Positions 13,448 to 26,212 of a stretch of 64,000 bases of DNA are shown here, in pieces. Each line of letters starts with the position of its first letter. Position 1 is the stretch's first letter. This stretch comes from Eledone cirrhosa. Its lineage: Eukaryota. The notes under the pieces were generated by a model, which saw nothing but the letters and a program-made list of their open reading frames with translations, was not told the origin of the DNA and did not search any database. The stretch spans positions 310,992,001-311,056,000 of the forward strand of contig OZ024740.1 of the NCBI GenBank assembly GCA_964016885.1. Direction: 5' to 3'. The translations under genes were made by a program, and so were the position numbers.

Positions 13448-13518
<71 letters not shown>

Positions 13519-13522
<4 letters not shown>

Positions 13523-13689
13523 AAATGAGTCCCTCATCAGTGATTTGCCGAAGATCATAGATATTTCATTGCATTAAAAATCATATACCTCACGTCGGTG
13601 CAATAATAACCAAAATAAGTTATTAGGACAATTAAAACGCGTAAAGCGAGTGAGACAGGAGAACAACAGAGTAAGGCTAACCAGGGGAA
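13519..13689 (-). repeat. Fragment of the 56191-57162 family fused directly to a different pLTR
   Basis: Near-identical to about 56192-56365. Confidence 0.85.
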
Positions 13690-14512
13690 GGATGTATATG
13701 TATATGTATATATGTACACATGGACTAGAGTATGTATGTATATATGTGTGTGTCTATACGTGTGTATATAAAGATAAGTTGAGTATGAACATGTACACAC
13801 ATGAACGCGTATGTATGTACATGAATACATGTGTGTGTATATATATATGTATGCATGTGTATATGTATGTAAGTATGAACATGTTACTATGTGAATGTGA
13901 GTATATGTATTTTGTAGAGGGGTGCAAATATGTTTGTGTGAGAATGCGTGGGTGAAAGGATACGTACACTGGAAAGAAAAAATTTAAGTCTGAATGTTAA
14001 TTAAGTGCAAACACAAAACCAACCACGCATATCTTTACTATCTCTAATCCCTCTATAGATTTAGAAAAATAACCAATAATAATAATATATTCTATAAAAA
14101 TGTCAAAACAACAGATGGGAATCTAATTACTCACTGCCACCAAAAATTCTCACTGCTATCAAAAAACCACTCCCTCAACTATTCTTCTAACAACTTCACC
14201 CCTCTCTCCTAATATTCTCTATAAAAACCAAATAGGTCCTCAGTAATATTATTCTGATGAAATGACAGTAAATAATAACATTGAAATATTGATTGTCTGC
14301 ATAATACTTTGTAGATAGCAGCTGTTTTCAGGTTATGTAACTGTTATAGAAACACGTGTCAATAAATTCCTTTCAACTAAACTGTATCCATTCAAATCTT
14401 TCTATTTTTCTCCGGATTACTTTTGGAATTTCAACTGGAACCGTCGAGCAAACTCTACGTGAGCTGTCAATCTACTGTGTGTAATATTTATATTACAACA
14501 CAACGGAAAATA

Positions 14513-14515
<3 letters not shown>
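13690..14515 (+). mobile_element. HHR-bearing pLTR, sense copy with about 110 bp 3' extension
   Basis: Reverse complement of 9084-9799 plus tail to (TA)n. Confidence 0.75.
14249..14365 (+). ncRNA. Type I hammerhead, long stem II
   Basis: ttatt CTGATGA aatgacagt...actgttata GAAA CACGTG TC aataa. Confidence 0.8.
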
Positions 14516-14594
<79 letters not shown>

Positions 14595-14606
14595 ATATAT
14601 ATATAT

Positions 14607-15218
14607 AGAATAGAATAAAACGAAATTTCATTTGTCACTCTTAGTACGGCAGTTACTTAAATGTAAGTATGTATGTATGTATGTATACGTACATACATAT
14701 ATGTATACAGACGTACAGTAGTACGTATATGTATACATACATGCACACATATATATATGCACGTATCGGTTTACCGAACATTTATTATAATGCTAGGTTT
14801 GTTCGTAAGCAAACAAACACCCCGAATTACGCCGTACAGTGTTTAGGTAACCACGTCATCTTTTTGTTCAACAATGACACAGGAACGATGTACTAGTTTC
14901 AAGCTTATTAGCTATCGTCAGCATCGTATACCTTCCTGCCAGATGGTTGAACGTCTGAAAGTATATACTTTCCTTATGCATATTAACGGCTGAGCAGCCT
15001 AATTTGCATATCGAGTGAGTTTAGTCCGCCGGGCGCACCGAAAACGATAAATGGAATAGAATGAAACGAAATTTCATTTCGCTCTCTTAGTACGGCAGTT
15101 ACTTAAATGTAAGCATGTATGTATGTATATGTACATACATATATGTATACAGACGTACAGTAGTATGTATATATAATCATACATGCACACACATATATAT
15201 ATGCACGTAAACCGATAC

Positions 15219-15285
<67 letters not shown>

Positions 15286-15380
15286 CATGTATGTATATAT
15301 ATACATACTACTGTACGTCTGTATACATATATGTATGTACTTATACATACATACATATTTACATTTATATATATATATAA
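14607..15380. repeat. Unclassified dispersed repeat (also about 36545-36855)
   Basis: aaacgaaatttcattt...ctcttagtacggca at about 14618, 15064 and 36558; internal segment inverted in the 36.6 kb copy. Confidence 0.6.
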
Positions 15381-15499
15381 AACCGGCAGACGCCCTAGAA
15401 TGCCACAGCCTATGCCTGTTCCTTATCCTGCTAAGTCAGTATGAAGTTTGCTTGTTGGAATGTACGTACTCTCTTAAATACAAAAAGAATCTGATAGAG

Positions 15500-16385
15500 C
15501 AGAACGTTGCACAGCATTAAATGCTCTATCTGAGACACGTCTACCTACTGAAAAGCCATTAGGTTACACTTTTTTTAATGGCTTGAATGAAGGACAAAGA
15601 TGAGATTCTGGTGTCGGTTTTGCAATTAAAAACTTAATCCTAGACTGTATCAATTCCCACGAGGTGTATCTGAATGCATGATATCTTTTTAGCAGGACAG
15701 TTGACATTTTCACTATCCGCCAGCTACAAGAAAAATGCACAGAACAAAACATGGGGTTATATTCCTGCTTTGTAGACCCTAGCAAAGCGTTCGGTACCGA
15801 TAACAAGACTGAAATGTTTGTGATTCTGATTAATACCCACCAGGAGGATATGAAGGCCCGTATTATTTTTTGTGGTACTCTTTTAAAACCGCTCGCAATG
15901 GAGTAAGGCAGGGTAACTTTAAAGCACCATCACTCTTCACCATCCATTTTGTAGTGATATTGCTCTTTGTTGAATAAAATGAGATTCACCTCTACAGTCT
16001 TCACATCTTTGATCCATGACCTTCTATATGCAGATGCCTGTGACCTAATAAGTCTCACTGAGGAGGACTTGCAAAACCTGATCAGTGATTTCGACGTAGC
16101 TTTTAATGGCATCCCTCTACCTCAATTTGTGTTTGTGCACCGGTCGTTTACCTTCGACCAGCTCGCCATACAGGAACTGCCTAAGGATGCCATCATCATC
16201 CATTCTCTCTACATGACCACTCCATCTTAATCGATGTTGAAATATGTGAGACTCTATACTGGTAGACCAACTGTGTTCAAGGACTGCAGTGTCACGCACG
16301 TACATTTTCCAATGGATGCCCCGTATACGTCGAAGACACTTGGTGAAAATGCTCCAACCTTTTGAGATGCCTTCGGTAAGTGACC
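15500..16385. mobile_element. Decayed RTE-clade LINE with an internal strand inversion at about 16110
   Basis: + strand: IFTIRQLQEKCTEQN, DLLYADACDL; - strand: HRLRWSGHVERMDDDGILRQFLYGEL. Confidence 0.75.
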
Positions 16386-17102
16386 CAAGTCATATACATA
16401 TGCATACATATACATACATATATACATATACATACATATATACATATACATACATATATACATACACATATGCAAACATATATATACATATATATATACA
16501 TCTTCGTCGGCACCCGCTCGTGTCCCAGCACTGAAATCATATCATCATCCTCTCTCTGTATTCCTTTTCCCTCCCCAGAATACAATGGCTAACATTTTTG
16601 AAGTTAGCCCTGAAGAGTAGCCCTTATTTGTGCTTCGCCTCATGCTATAGTTTCATCTGGGATTTTAGTCAGCAGAATGATGGGATGCTTCTTGAAAACA
16701 ACTACATGGACACCATGTAGTTCTCTCAGATTTGTTGGCAGCTTATTAAATAACTGAGGGCCTTTGAGCCCTAGGCTACTACAGTAGTTGGTTTTTATTC
16801 TTGATGTGAAGGATGGGATTACCTATAGTTATATTTAATTAAACTACACATCCACATGAATGCACACGTGCATGCATACATAGGTATAGACTACTCTTAA
16901 ATATTTTCATACAACAAAAAAATTACTGGATTTTCTCTAAACTTTACTGAAACTCTTGATACTACCAGAATTCTTCCGAAGAATAACAGAAGAATACTTC
17001 TGCTCCTCGTGGTGAAGAGCCTACTTAATGGAAATCTGTGCTACCAATTTATCATGCAGCAGTCAGTAGTCTTTAGCGACATTCACATCTAAACCAGACT
17101 AC

Positions 17103-17294
17103 GAGAAGAGAAGAAGAAGAAGAAGAAGAAGAAGAGAAGAAGAAGAAGAAGAAGAAGAAGAAGAAGAAGAGAAGAAGAAGAAGAAGAAGAAGAAGAAGAA
17201 GAGAAGAAGAAGAAGAAGAAGAAGAAGAAGAAGAAGAAGAAGAAGAAAGAAGAAGAAGAAGAAGAAGAGAAGAAGAAGAAGAAGAAGAAGAAGA
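17103..17294 (+). repeat. (GAA)n polypurine microsatellite
   Basis: About 190 bp of only G/A. Confidence 0.95.
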
Positions 17295-18296
17295 GTGTAG
17301 TTAGTCATTCAATTGTACTTCTCATGATTCTACCAATAATATATAGTGGGAGAGACGGGTATGGAGAAAGGTAGGTGGGTTACAGAGTGAGATATTTCGT
17401 CTACGTTGATAAATTTGTTAATATTGAGTTTACTAATATTGAGTTTAGTTCTATTATTGAAAGACTTCCACAACCACTTAGTTTTGTCTAGAGGTCTACC
17501 ATATACATCTATGTACTTAGCTCCACATTTTGCGGTCAGTAATTATTAATGTATTTAGGAGTATTAAAGCCACTCCATTTTACCGGTCCATTAGGAAATT
17601 ATCTAGTTACCTTATCTAGATGATACCAGAGTTTGTGTTTACGTCTACATTTTATGTACTAAGAATGCATTATACATTGGCTAGTGTAAAAACGCGAAGC
17701 CTTGGGCCACTCAAAATGTGTAACTCTTGATTATATATGAAGTCCAAGTATTAAGATGCAGTAATATTTATTATAATACCGATTATAATCATTAAAATAA
17801 AACAACTAAACCCAAAACCACGAGGCCAAATTCGAGCAGGAATGAGTAGCAATTAATTCAAGGAATCGTTTACTTTTGAAGTTCTAGTAGTTGTTTCACG
17901 ATGTAAAGTGTTTCAAGTGGCAATTAAATTTTACGTTTTGAGTTTATTTGTTTTCTATCCAGAGACTCATAACCGAACTAGTTTTAACACTCCAAGCAGT
18001 GTAATAACATCTGATAGAAATATATTAATGGAGGAATTTCATTAACACTTACGAGGCTTGTTGAGATGGAAAGTGATACATCGTCGTTTTTGAATAGGCA
18101 CAAGATGGAGCTTTCCTATATTTCCGTTTTCTTTTATTGTTGATTCGGGTACTGAAATGCAGCCAGGCTGTAGCACAGCTTTCTGCCTCCTTATCTATCT
18201 ATCTACCTATCTGAAATATATCTATCAATAAAGAAATATATCTATTTCCTCTCAAACTACCTATATATCTATCTACATATATATCTATATATCTAT

Positions 18297-18360
<64 letters not shown>

Positions 18361-18368
<8 letters not shown>

Positions 18369-18709
18369 GTGAGGTTTTTTTTTACAAAATGAAATATAAC
18401 CGAGGTGTCCTACACGAGTGAAAGTATAAAGAAAAAAAGATGAAATCGAAAATGCAACTGGAGTCTTATTTTTAAGAAAATATATATATTTATTTGGTTC
18501 CTTTACCGGTTTCGCAGTTCTTCTGCTTTTCAAAAGTAGAGTTGAGATGGAGGGTCTGTGGTTTTTCTCCCCATCTGTGAGAAAAACCACAGACCCTCCA
18601 TCTCAACTCTACTTTTGAAAAGCAGAAGAACTGCGAAACCGGTAAAGGAACCAAATAAATATATATATTTTCTTAAAAATAAGACTCCAGTTGCATTTTC
18701 GATTTCATC

Positions 18710-18714
<5 letters not shown>
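18361..18714. mobile_element. Palindromic pLTR-like pair in (TA)n
   Basis: Arms 18434-18569 / 18579-18714, 9 nt spacer, left arm 73 bp longer; contains GAAA CCGG TA (hammerhead 3' half). Confidence 0.8.
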
Positions 18715-18775
<61 letters not shown>

Positions 18776-18879
18776 TTACTTCTACAGTTTAGTAAACTGG
18801 AGTAATATGAAATAAAGCCACTTACTCAAAGACATAATGCACCACCTGGTTCAGGAATCAAACTCCCAACTGTAGTTAT

Positions 18880-21800
18880 CTATATTTTTTATTGTGTTGT
18901 ATCAGATGAAAGAATGGTATTTAACTAATGTATTGGTACGCGATGGGGCCCACCCACAGCCCCGGCGGACAGAATGGAGAAGGCGTTTCCCCGGAGGACG
19001 TCAAGGGAGACGCGCTGGAAAAGCCACTCCAACTCGCGGGGCTCACACCTGCGGCTGACCAGCTCAGCGCCTATGGTCGTGAGTAAGGAGGTAGCCCTGG
19101 GCCGAGGGCACCAGAAGTCAACACTGTCAGTGGAACGACCACAAACCTGTCGGAGAGCGATCGGTATTTGAGGAGTTGGCCCCCTCAGCTCGACGTGCAA
19201 CAGAACCTGGGTCAGTCGCAAGTGGCATCCCAGACGAGGGGTTTGCCAACGCGGAACGGGAAGATGGTCATGCCATCTGGCCTTTTGCCGTCCCCTCGAT
19301 CCAGCCCCACCGGCTCGAGCTGGGAAGGGAAGCCTGCAGCGTCCAAGCCATGCTTAATGACCTCGTTGAGGGCAGCATGGCGTGGAATGCGGCCGGTACT
19401 GTGGCGATAGGAAAGCGGGTGGAGGCCGAAAGAGTCCACGGTGGAACCGCAGCGACATTGGTGTGGCTGGCAGATCCGATGGCCGAGCCTCATCGAAACG
19501 CCGATTCACAGTCTATGGTTGTCTAGCTGCGTGCCAGTGGAGAAGGAGGGCAGGGCATGGAGCCAGGCACCACGGTGGGGTTTGGAGGCTGCACGAAAAC
19601 AAGCAAGGCGGTGCTGGTGGAGCTGGCGCGTGAGCCTGTCTGAGGCCAGGTTGCACTGGATGGCATCCCAAGTGCGTTGAGGGGGCTTGAAGTCAACAGG
19701 GGGAGAAGGAGGAGGGACGTCTACTGGGCTAAGTCCCAGCCGGTCCCACGTCTCACAGGCGGCCTTACGTTCTCTGAACACAGCGGGTTCTGTTGTGTTT
19801 TGAAGAACCCTGCTGACGATGACGCGACACGAGGTTACCGACGAAAGATACGCCGGTAAAGCTAGTGAGATCGGGGACCGGAGGCCAAGGCCGCCATACC
19901 TGACCTGTAAAGTGGCCTGTTGCCACCCTATGTCGTCAAACTTGACGTTGCATATCCCCTCGGCTGCTGCTCGGATACAAGTATCGAGGTCAGCGAGGAG
20001 AGATGTCTGGGTGTAGCATGGAGCGCTGCGGAGTGTATAGAGGAGCTTCGGCATGGCGAAGCAGTTCCTCAGCAGAAACAGAGCTGGGTGGCCGTCAATC
20101 AAGCCCAGTCGGCTCGTGAGTGTCTGGAGCTGTTGAAGCCTGGACCTGATAGTGGAGCGTATGGCCGGTGGGTGGATCGGTGACCCGAGGATGAGGACAT
20201 CCTCTTTGGGAGTCACCTGAACCTGGTAGAGAATGGACCGCACGTCCAAGACGGAGGTTGCAAAGCTCGCAGCATCGAGGCTGACGTTCACAACCTCCGA
20301 CTTGGCCGAGTTGACCTGCAGGCCGATTCCCGCCAGGGCAGGAATCACCGATTGAAGGTCTTGGCAGACCGTCCGTAAGGGCCCGCCCAACGTAGCATCA
20401 TCCAAATACCAAACGTTGAGAGGGGCCGTGATACTCCGGGCGATGTGGTCAATACTAAGGGCGAACAGGAGGCGTCCCAAAGGGTCGTCCTGTTGGACCC
20501 CAGTAGCCGAGGGTATGACCGTATCAGCAGCTAGGAGCATGCTCGGGGCTCCATATGATAGGTAGGCCAGCGGGTAGGCAGAGGGGGCTCGGCTGAGGCA
20601 GGCCTCGAGCAGATGATCCCGGCGTAAAGAGTTAAAGGCATTCCTCATGTCAAGCTTGACAGTGAGGTGCCTGGAGTCCCTGGATGCCGGTACCGATGGG
20701 CAGCTGCTGAAGAACTGACTAATTGCATGAGCGGCTCCCTCACAGCCACCGGACACGCCGACACCCAGTTGCACGGGACTAAACTCCTCACCCAGTTCGT
20801 GTGTGACGGACTTGCAGATCACCTTGGCAGCCAGCCTCCGGAAGACATTGCCCACAGCAATGGGGCGTATGCCACGCTCTTTCTTCCTGAGAGCGGTGAG
20901 GCTGGCCGAAAAAAAGAGGCCTCGGGCGTAAGGGTCGAGGGCACCATGAATGAGCCTATTGGTGAGCGCCACAATTGCACTCAGAAGGCGGCGCCCGGCC
21001 TCAGTGCAGAGGGGGGATGTCAACTCCTTGAGGTGGCCTGGTCGGAGACCATCAACTCCGCAGCTGCCAGCTGGGAAGGACCTTATGGCGGACATGATAT
21101 CTGCATCAGTAGCCACAAGGAGCAGGTGGGGGTCAGGTGGGGGTATGGGTCTGAGATCAATGGGTGGTTCAGGGTGTTTGAGCCGCAGAGCAGCCAGGAC
21201 CTCCTCGGTGAATTGGAGGATAGTGTCCTCTGAGGCAACAACTCTGACTGCGGCCGAGACATCACCCATGATAAGCTTTGCGTTTACCTGGTCACGCAAA
21301 TCCTTGGCGCTGGTCTCGGGGGTGGAGGATAGGGGGTACCTGAGGGTGGGGGTGTGGCGTCCCTGGGCACGCTTGGAATGGGCACTCGCCCAAATGACGA
21401 GACATTGGCCTTGACGAAGGCTTCTGTTGACCGGCCGCCCCGGTCAGCGCCAGAGCTGGGGAGGCCGAGGGATAGTGGGGCGAAATAGAACAGCCGCTCT
21501 CAGTCACTGGCTCGATTGGAGTCCAAGGCGCTCTCAATCGAGGAAGCGAGGGCATCGGCTACCGGCACCGTGCCGCTCTCGGGATCCTGAGTGGGATCTT
21601 CCGGAGCCGCCTGAGCCGGGCGATGTTGACCAGTGAGGCTCGGGTGTCAGGCAAGCTCGCTGTCCCATCTGGCAGTGTGCCAGACGGCCGTGGCTGGGAA
21701 GACGTGGGGAAGAGGCAGCTCCTGCACCTCCACGCTGCGAGGGCATTGGAAGCTCGACGATTCAAGCCAACGCAGGTGAGGTGGTGGAAGCAGCCGCACC

Positions 21801-22295
21801 CCAAACAGTTCCGGCCGCTCTTCCGTTTGTTAGTGGTGCCGCAAGTGCTGCAGGTGTCGATTTGGAGGGGTGGGAGATGGGGCGTGGGGCCGGGGACTGG
21901 GGCACCGTGCGGCATCAGGGGTGGGTGGCCGGCGTGTGTGGGTGGAAGGGAAAGTGCTGGTAAGAGGGCAGCATACCTCACCTATATATATATATGGAGG
22001 TGCCAGAAAACGAGAGCGAAAAGGGGCTGCATGGAGGGAGAGACACAGGAAATGAATGAGTGAATGGATGGATGCTCACAAAGAAAGGGGTGGGGAGAAA
22101 ACAGGGGATTGTTCCCAGCGGAAAGACCCAGAGTTCAGCACACACACATGCGAGCAACTGAGCAGTTTGTCATAGGACCTTGTGGCTGGTGGTGAGTCAT
22201 TGATGCTGGGGTTGGCTTCCTCTTGTTAATAGTAGAGTTGTTGTTGTTAATGACGCTGTTGTCGTCGTTGCCTTCCTCTTGTTAATGGTGAAGAT
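18880..22295 (-). mobile_element. CRE-type (RLE) non-LTR retrotransposon with N-terminal PHD finger, frameshifted
   Basis: PHD-like C..C...C..C..H..C...W.C..C in ORF 21559-21981; RT in 19506-21299; Zn-knuckle and KRPDG...WDATC endonuclease in 19212-19493; boundaries approximate. Confidence 0.85.
19506..21299 (-). pseudogene. CRE-type reverse transcriptase, 597 aa open segment
   Basis: RPIAVGNVFRRLAAK, KLDMRNAFN, GVQQDDPLG, WYLDD, GGLGLR. Confidence 0.9.
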
Positions 22296-23497
22296 ATAGA
22301 GCGAAATACAAAATCCACCAGCAGGCAATTATATAAAAAAAAGTATCTAGAAATAAAAGTCAACATTTCTCTCTGTGATATAAAGGTTTGTTTTACATTT
22401 TCGCAAACAACGTAACGTTATTCTCAATGGACGCGCTTACAATATTTGAATATAACTGAACCGTCGTGTCATTTAATTTGAAAAGTGGAGCAAAGTAAAA
22501 GGAGAATAGTGAATTTGGAGTGTCAATCCCTTGTGTTTTTTTTTTCAATATCGGACTTATACAGGATTTATACTCATTTTTTTTTTTTTTTTAAAGGATG
22601 GAGGCGTTTTATCTCCTCATGCAACTGACATTACTTAATGATGTTCGTCATCTATTCATATGTATTATTTCATAACTCTATAGAACTTTTAGAATGTTTG
22701 TGCAGTGTTCTGTGTCCAGCCAGGTTTGTAAAACAGGTAAGAAAAATGATGATTCGGTGACGGTTTCTTCTGATAGGAGCCTCTTCCACGTCGGAAGATC
22801 GAAGTGTGTTTTCTTGTCTTCTTCAATACTTTCATAAACGGCTTCGGAGATTTAAAACTGTTTCAATTGTTCGGAGATTTAAAAATGCTTCAATTGGTGC
22901 TGCCATTTCCACACGGTTCTATTGTCTTATTTACAAAAATATATTTCTTTATATTTCTTTATTTATTTCTCTTCTTTTAGTATAATATAGCGAGTTGTCA
23001 CCAGTGATGTTTGAAGTTCCTTTTGTAGCAGCATATTATTTCTGTAGAAAATTTTAAGTGTGCATTTCAGATTTTAAAAAGAATTTTAGAATTGCCCAAA
23101 TCTTTGAGACAAGTGCTATGACCTTATGTTTGATATTCTCTGAGTTTGAGAAGCATTTGTAATAGGTAGTCTTTTAACTATCATTTACTACGTAAACACA
23201 TAGTATTCACACAAAATGTAATCTTACTGCACAGAATTAGATTTAGAACTATACAAGTGGTGGTCAACTGTACATTAAAATAATTACTGATGCATTTTGC
23301 TTCTGAGGTGTATGCAACATGTGTTTCAACACTATTGACTGTCACTATAATGCTAAAGCCTCATTGCAGGACATTTCTAATATATGCTGTGTTGTGTATG
23401 AATATTCATTATTTAATTGATAATGCCACAGACAGATGCACATTATGCAAATTAGGCTGGTCACCTGTTTTGGGGGGATTATATACCTCTCCTAGTT

Positions 23498-23554
<57 letters not shown>

Positions 23555-23724
23555 AAAAGAAATTTGAAAATGCAACTGGAGTCTTTTAAGAATATTCATT
23601 TATTTATTTTACCGGTTACACAGTTGTTATGATTTTCAAAAGTGAAATTGAGATGGAGGGTTTCCTTTCCTTATACTTTCTCCCGTGTGGAATATCTACC
23701 GATTCTGCCATTTCACCACAATAA

Positions 23725-24088
23725 TAATAATTGTTTCTACATATGGCACAAGGGCAGCAATTACATCAGTGCATTACTGGTACTTTATTTTATCGACCCC
23801 GTAAGGATGAAAGGCAAAGTTAACCTCGGCGGGATTTGAACTCAGACCGGAAAGAGATATAACTCTTTGCTGGAAAGCATGGTGTCTGACACTCTACCGA
23901 TACTGCCAATCCAGCGTTGGATACCATGTTTCGCGGCATAGAATTACGCCCCTTTAAATTCTGAGTTCAAATCCTGCCGAGATTAACTTTGCCTTTCATC
24001 CTTACGAGGTCGATAAAATAAAGATTTAATCGCCTTTCCTTTCTCCCCAAATTGAAGGTCTTGTGCCAAAAGTAGAAATAATTATTAT
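23725..24088. mobile_element. Two oppositely oriented tRNA-derived SINE copies (about 23725-23912 on -, about 23930-24088 on +)
   Basis: tcgaccccgtaaggatgaaaggcaaagttaacctcggcgggatttgaactc and its reverse complement; B-box gagttcaaatcc. Confidence 0.8.
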
Positions 24089-24089
24089 T

Positions 24090-24616
24090 AGTGCCTTAAC
24101 CCCGTTCGCACCTCACTAAATTGGAACGACTGCTCTTCCACTTTTTGTGGAAGGGATAGGTTCCATTGGTAAGATGGTCCATCTGCTGCCAGCACCCTCA
24201 ATGCAGCAGGATGGGTATGTCGTGGTTGATTATGTGTAAGCCACACTGAGACTACGGCATCTTTAGATATATTTAAACGATGAGCATGTGTGGTTGCCGT
24301 TTGTGAGACAGGCTTTTCTGCAGCTCATCTCTTTGACTGAGCTGCAGTCCTGAGTCAAGCCTAGACTGCGACTAGGCTCCTGGCATCTAGAATGGTGCCA
24401 GGCGCTTACAGCGGAGGACTTTGGAGCTAGGGACTATGGACAATTCCAGAAATCCCTCGCTTGACAGTGCCACCGGGGAACACTGCCAGTTCGAGATATT
24501 CTACAGGCACAGTGGTGCTGTCAGAAGGAGCTGTCCGAGATGCGGGTGGAGAGCTGATACCGTTCTGCACGCACTCGTACAGTGTCAGTGCATTGCTGAT
24601 TTGTGGAGTTCCATCG

Positions 24617-24620
<4 letters not shown>
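24090..24620 (+). mobile_element. Decayed Tx1-like LINE remnant
   Basis: Similar to about 800-1450 (atggacaa(c)ttccagaaatccct; CPRC...DTVLHALVQC..IADLW). Confidence 0.8.
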
Positions 24621-24650
<30 letters not shown>

Positions 24651-25113
24651 GTGTGTGTGTGTGTGTTCATGAGTGCCACTGTTTGTGTGTACCATTAGAC
24701 CCATTGATTCTTCTATTTTCATCCAAAATGTTTTAAAACCACCAAAATATCAGTAATACGTCTGTATAACGAAAGACGTTGAGTTTTAAGTTTATAAAAA
24801 CAATGAAAAACAAATGTATTCCCTTCACCAGTATTCCCTGTATTACTTTCTAAGATAAATGTAATTTTGTCATATATGTTAACTAAAGCTAGATTAGCTG
24901 GAGGGAGAACACTTTCTCATTAATAACTATTTAATTGCATTCACACAGTTTCGTATACGTTACAGTTTCACTGATTTTGAAGTTTAGAATATTTATGCCC
25001 AACTAGATATTAGGAAATTAAAGAGAATGCAATTTTCGTTTGACAATCAATTTAAATTTGACTATATTCTAAACACATTACGCTACCAAATAATTATTAA
25101 GTATCTCACCTCT

Positions 25114-25174
<61 letters not shown>

Positions 25175-25200
25175 CTCTCTTTCTTTCTCTCTCTCTCTCT

Positions 25201-25253
<53 letters not shown>

Positions 25254-25466
25254 AATATGAGTGTATATGAATGTATGTACACGCACACATACATACATTT
25301 ATATATATGTATATATATATATATGTATGTATGTGTGTGTGCGCGTGTGTACATAATTCATATATATACACTCATATTTATATATATATGCATATATATA
25401 TATGCATATATATATGTATGTATATGTATATATACATATATAGGTATATATATATATATATATAGG

Positions 25467-25609
<143 letters not shown>

Positions 25610-25979
25610 GTGGCCATATATGCGGAGGTGTTTGTGTGTGTATAGGTACAGAACGTATATAATATTTCTTTAAAATTGTTTAAAATCTACATTTGTATTT
25701 ATTTATTTATAATCAATTTACAAAGTCTATCGACGCTTCAATAATTTTGCAACTCTTCTATATAAAGTGATTTATAGGCATTTGATAATATTGAGTAGAA
25801 CTATATCAGTCCTTTTCGAATAGATCTATTATCAAACGAGTTACACCCGTAAACAGTCAATTTTCCAGTCGGTATATTTTCATAAAACGGTTTTTTCGAG
25901 TTCAACCCCACTGTACGAAAATTTGCTGCAGGAAAAATTTGTGAAAAATATCACACGAATAGTTGGCAGCACATTAGCA

Positions 25980-26212
25980 ATTGTTACTGATGATCTCACA
26001 AAAGATGAACCATTGAAGACAATCAAATCCTTCAAAAGCAGAAGCATTCGCTGACATTCCCACCGAGGTCTGGCAAATTGAAGCCTTAGTTGATGTACTA
26101 CTTGAAGTGTGTAATAAAACCTTTGATGGAGGTAAGCCAAATATTTGGAGCAAAAGCAGTATAACTCTGCTTCCATATAAAGGTGATCTTATTGATGTAA
26201 CAAATTACCGTG
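25980..26212 (+). mobile_element. Decayed RTE-like RT fragment
   Basis: WSKSSITLLPYKGDLIDVTNYR. Confidence 0.55.

Noticed and set aside
18579-18650. Complete hammerhead in the 18.4 kb palindrome
   Set aside because: Only GAAACCGGTA is evident; no CTGANGA with a matching stem I
19168-22063. Numerous + strand ORFs
   Set aside because: Antisense shadows of the GC-rich CRE element
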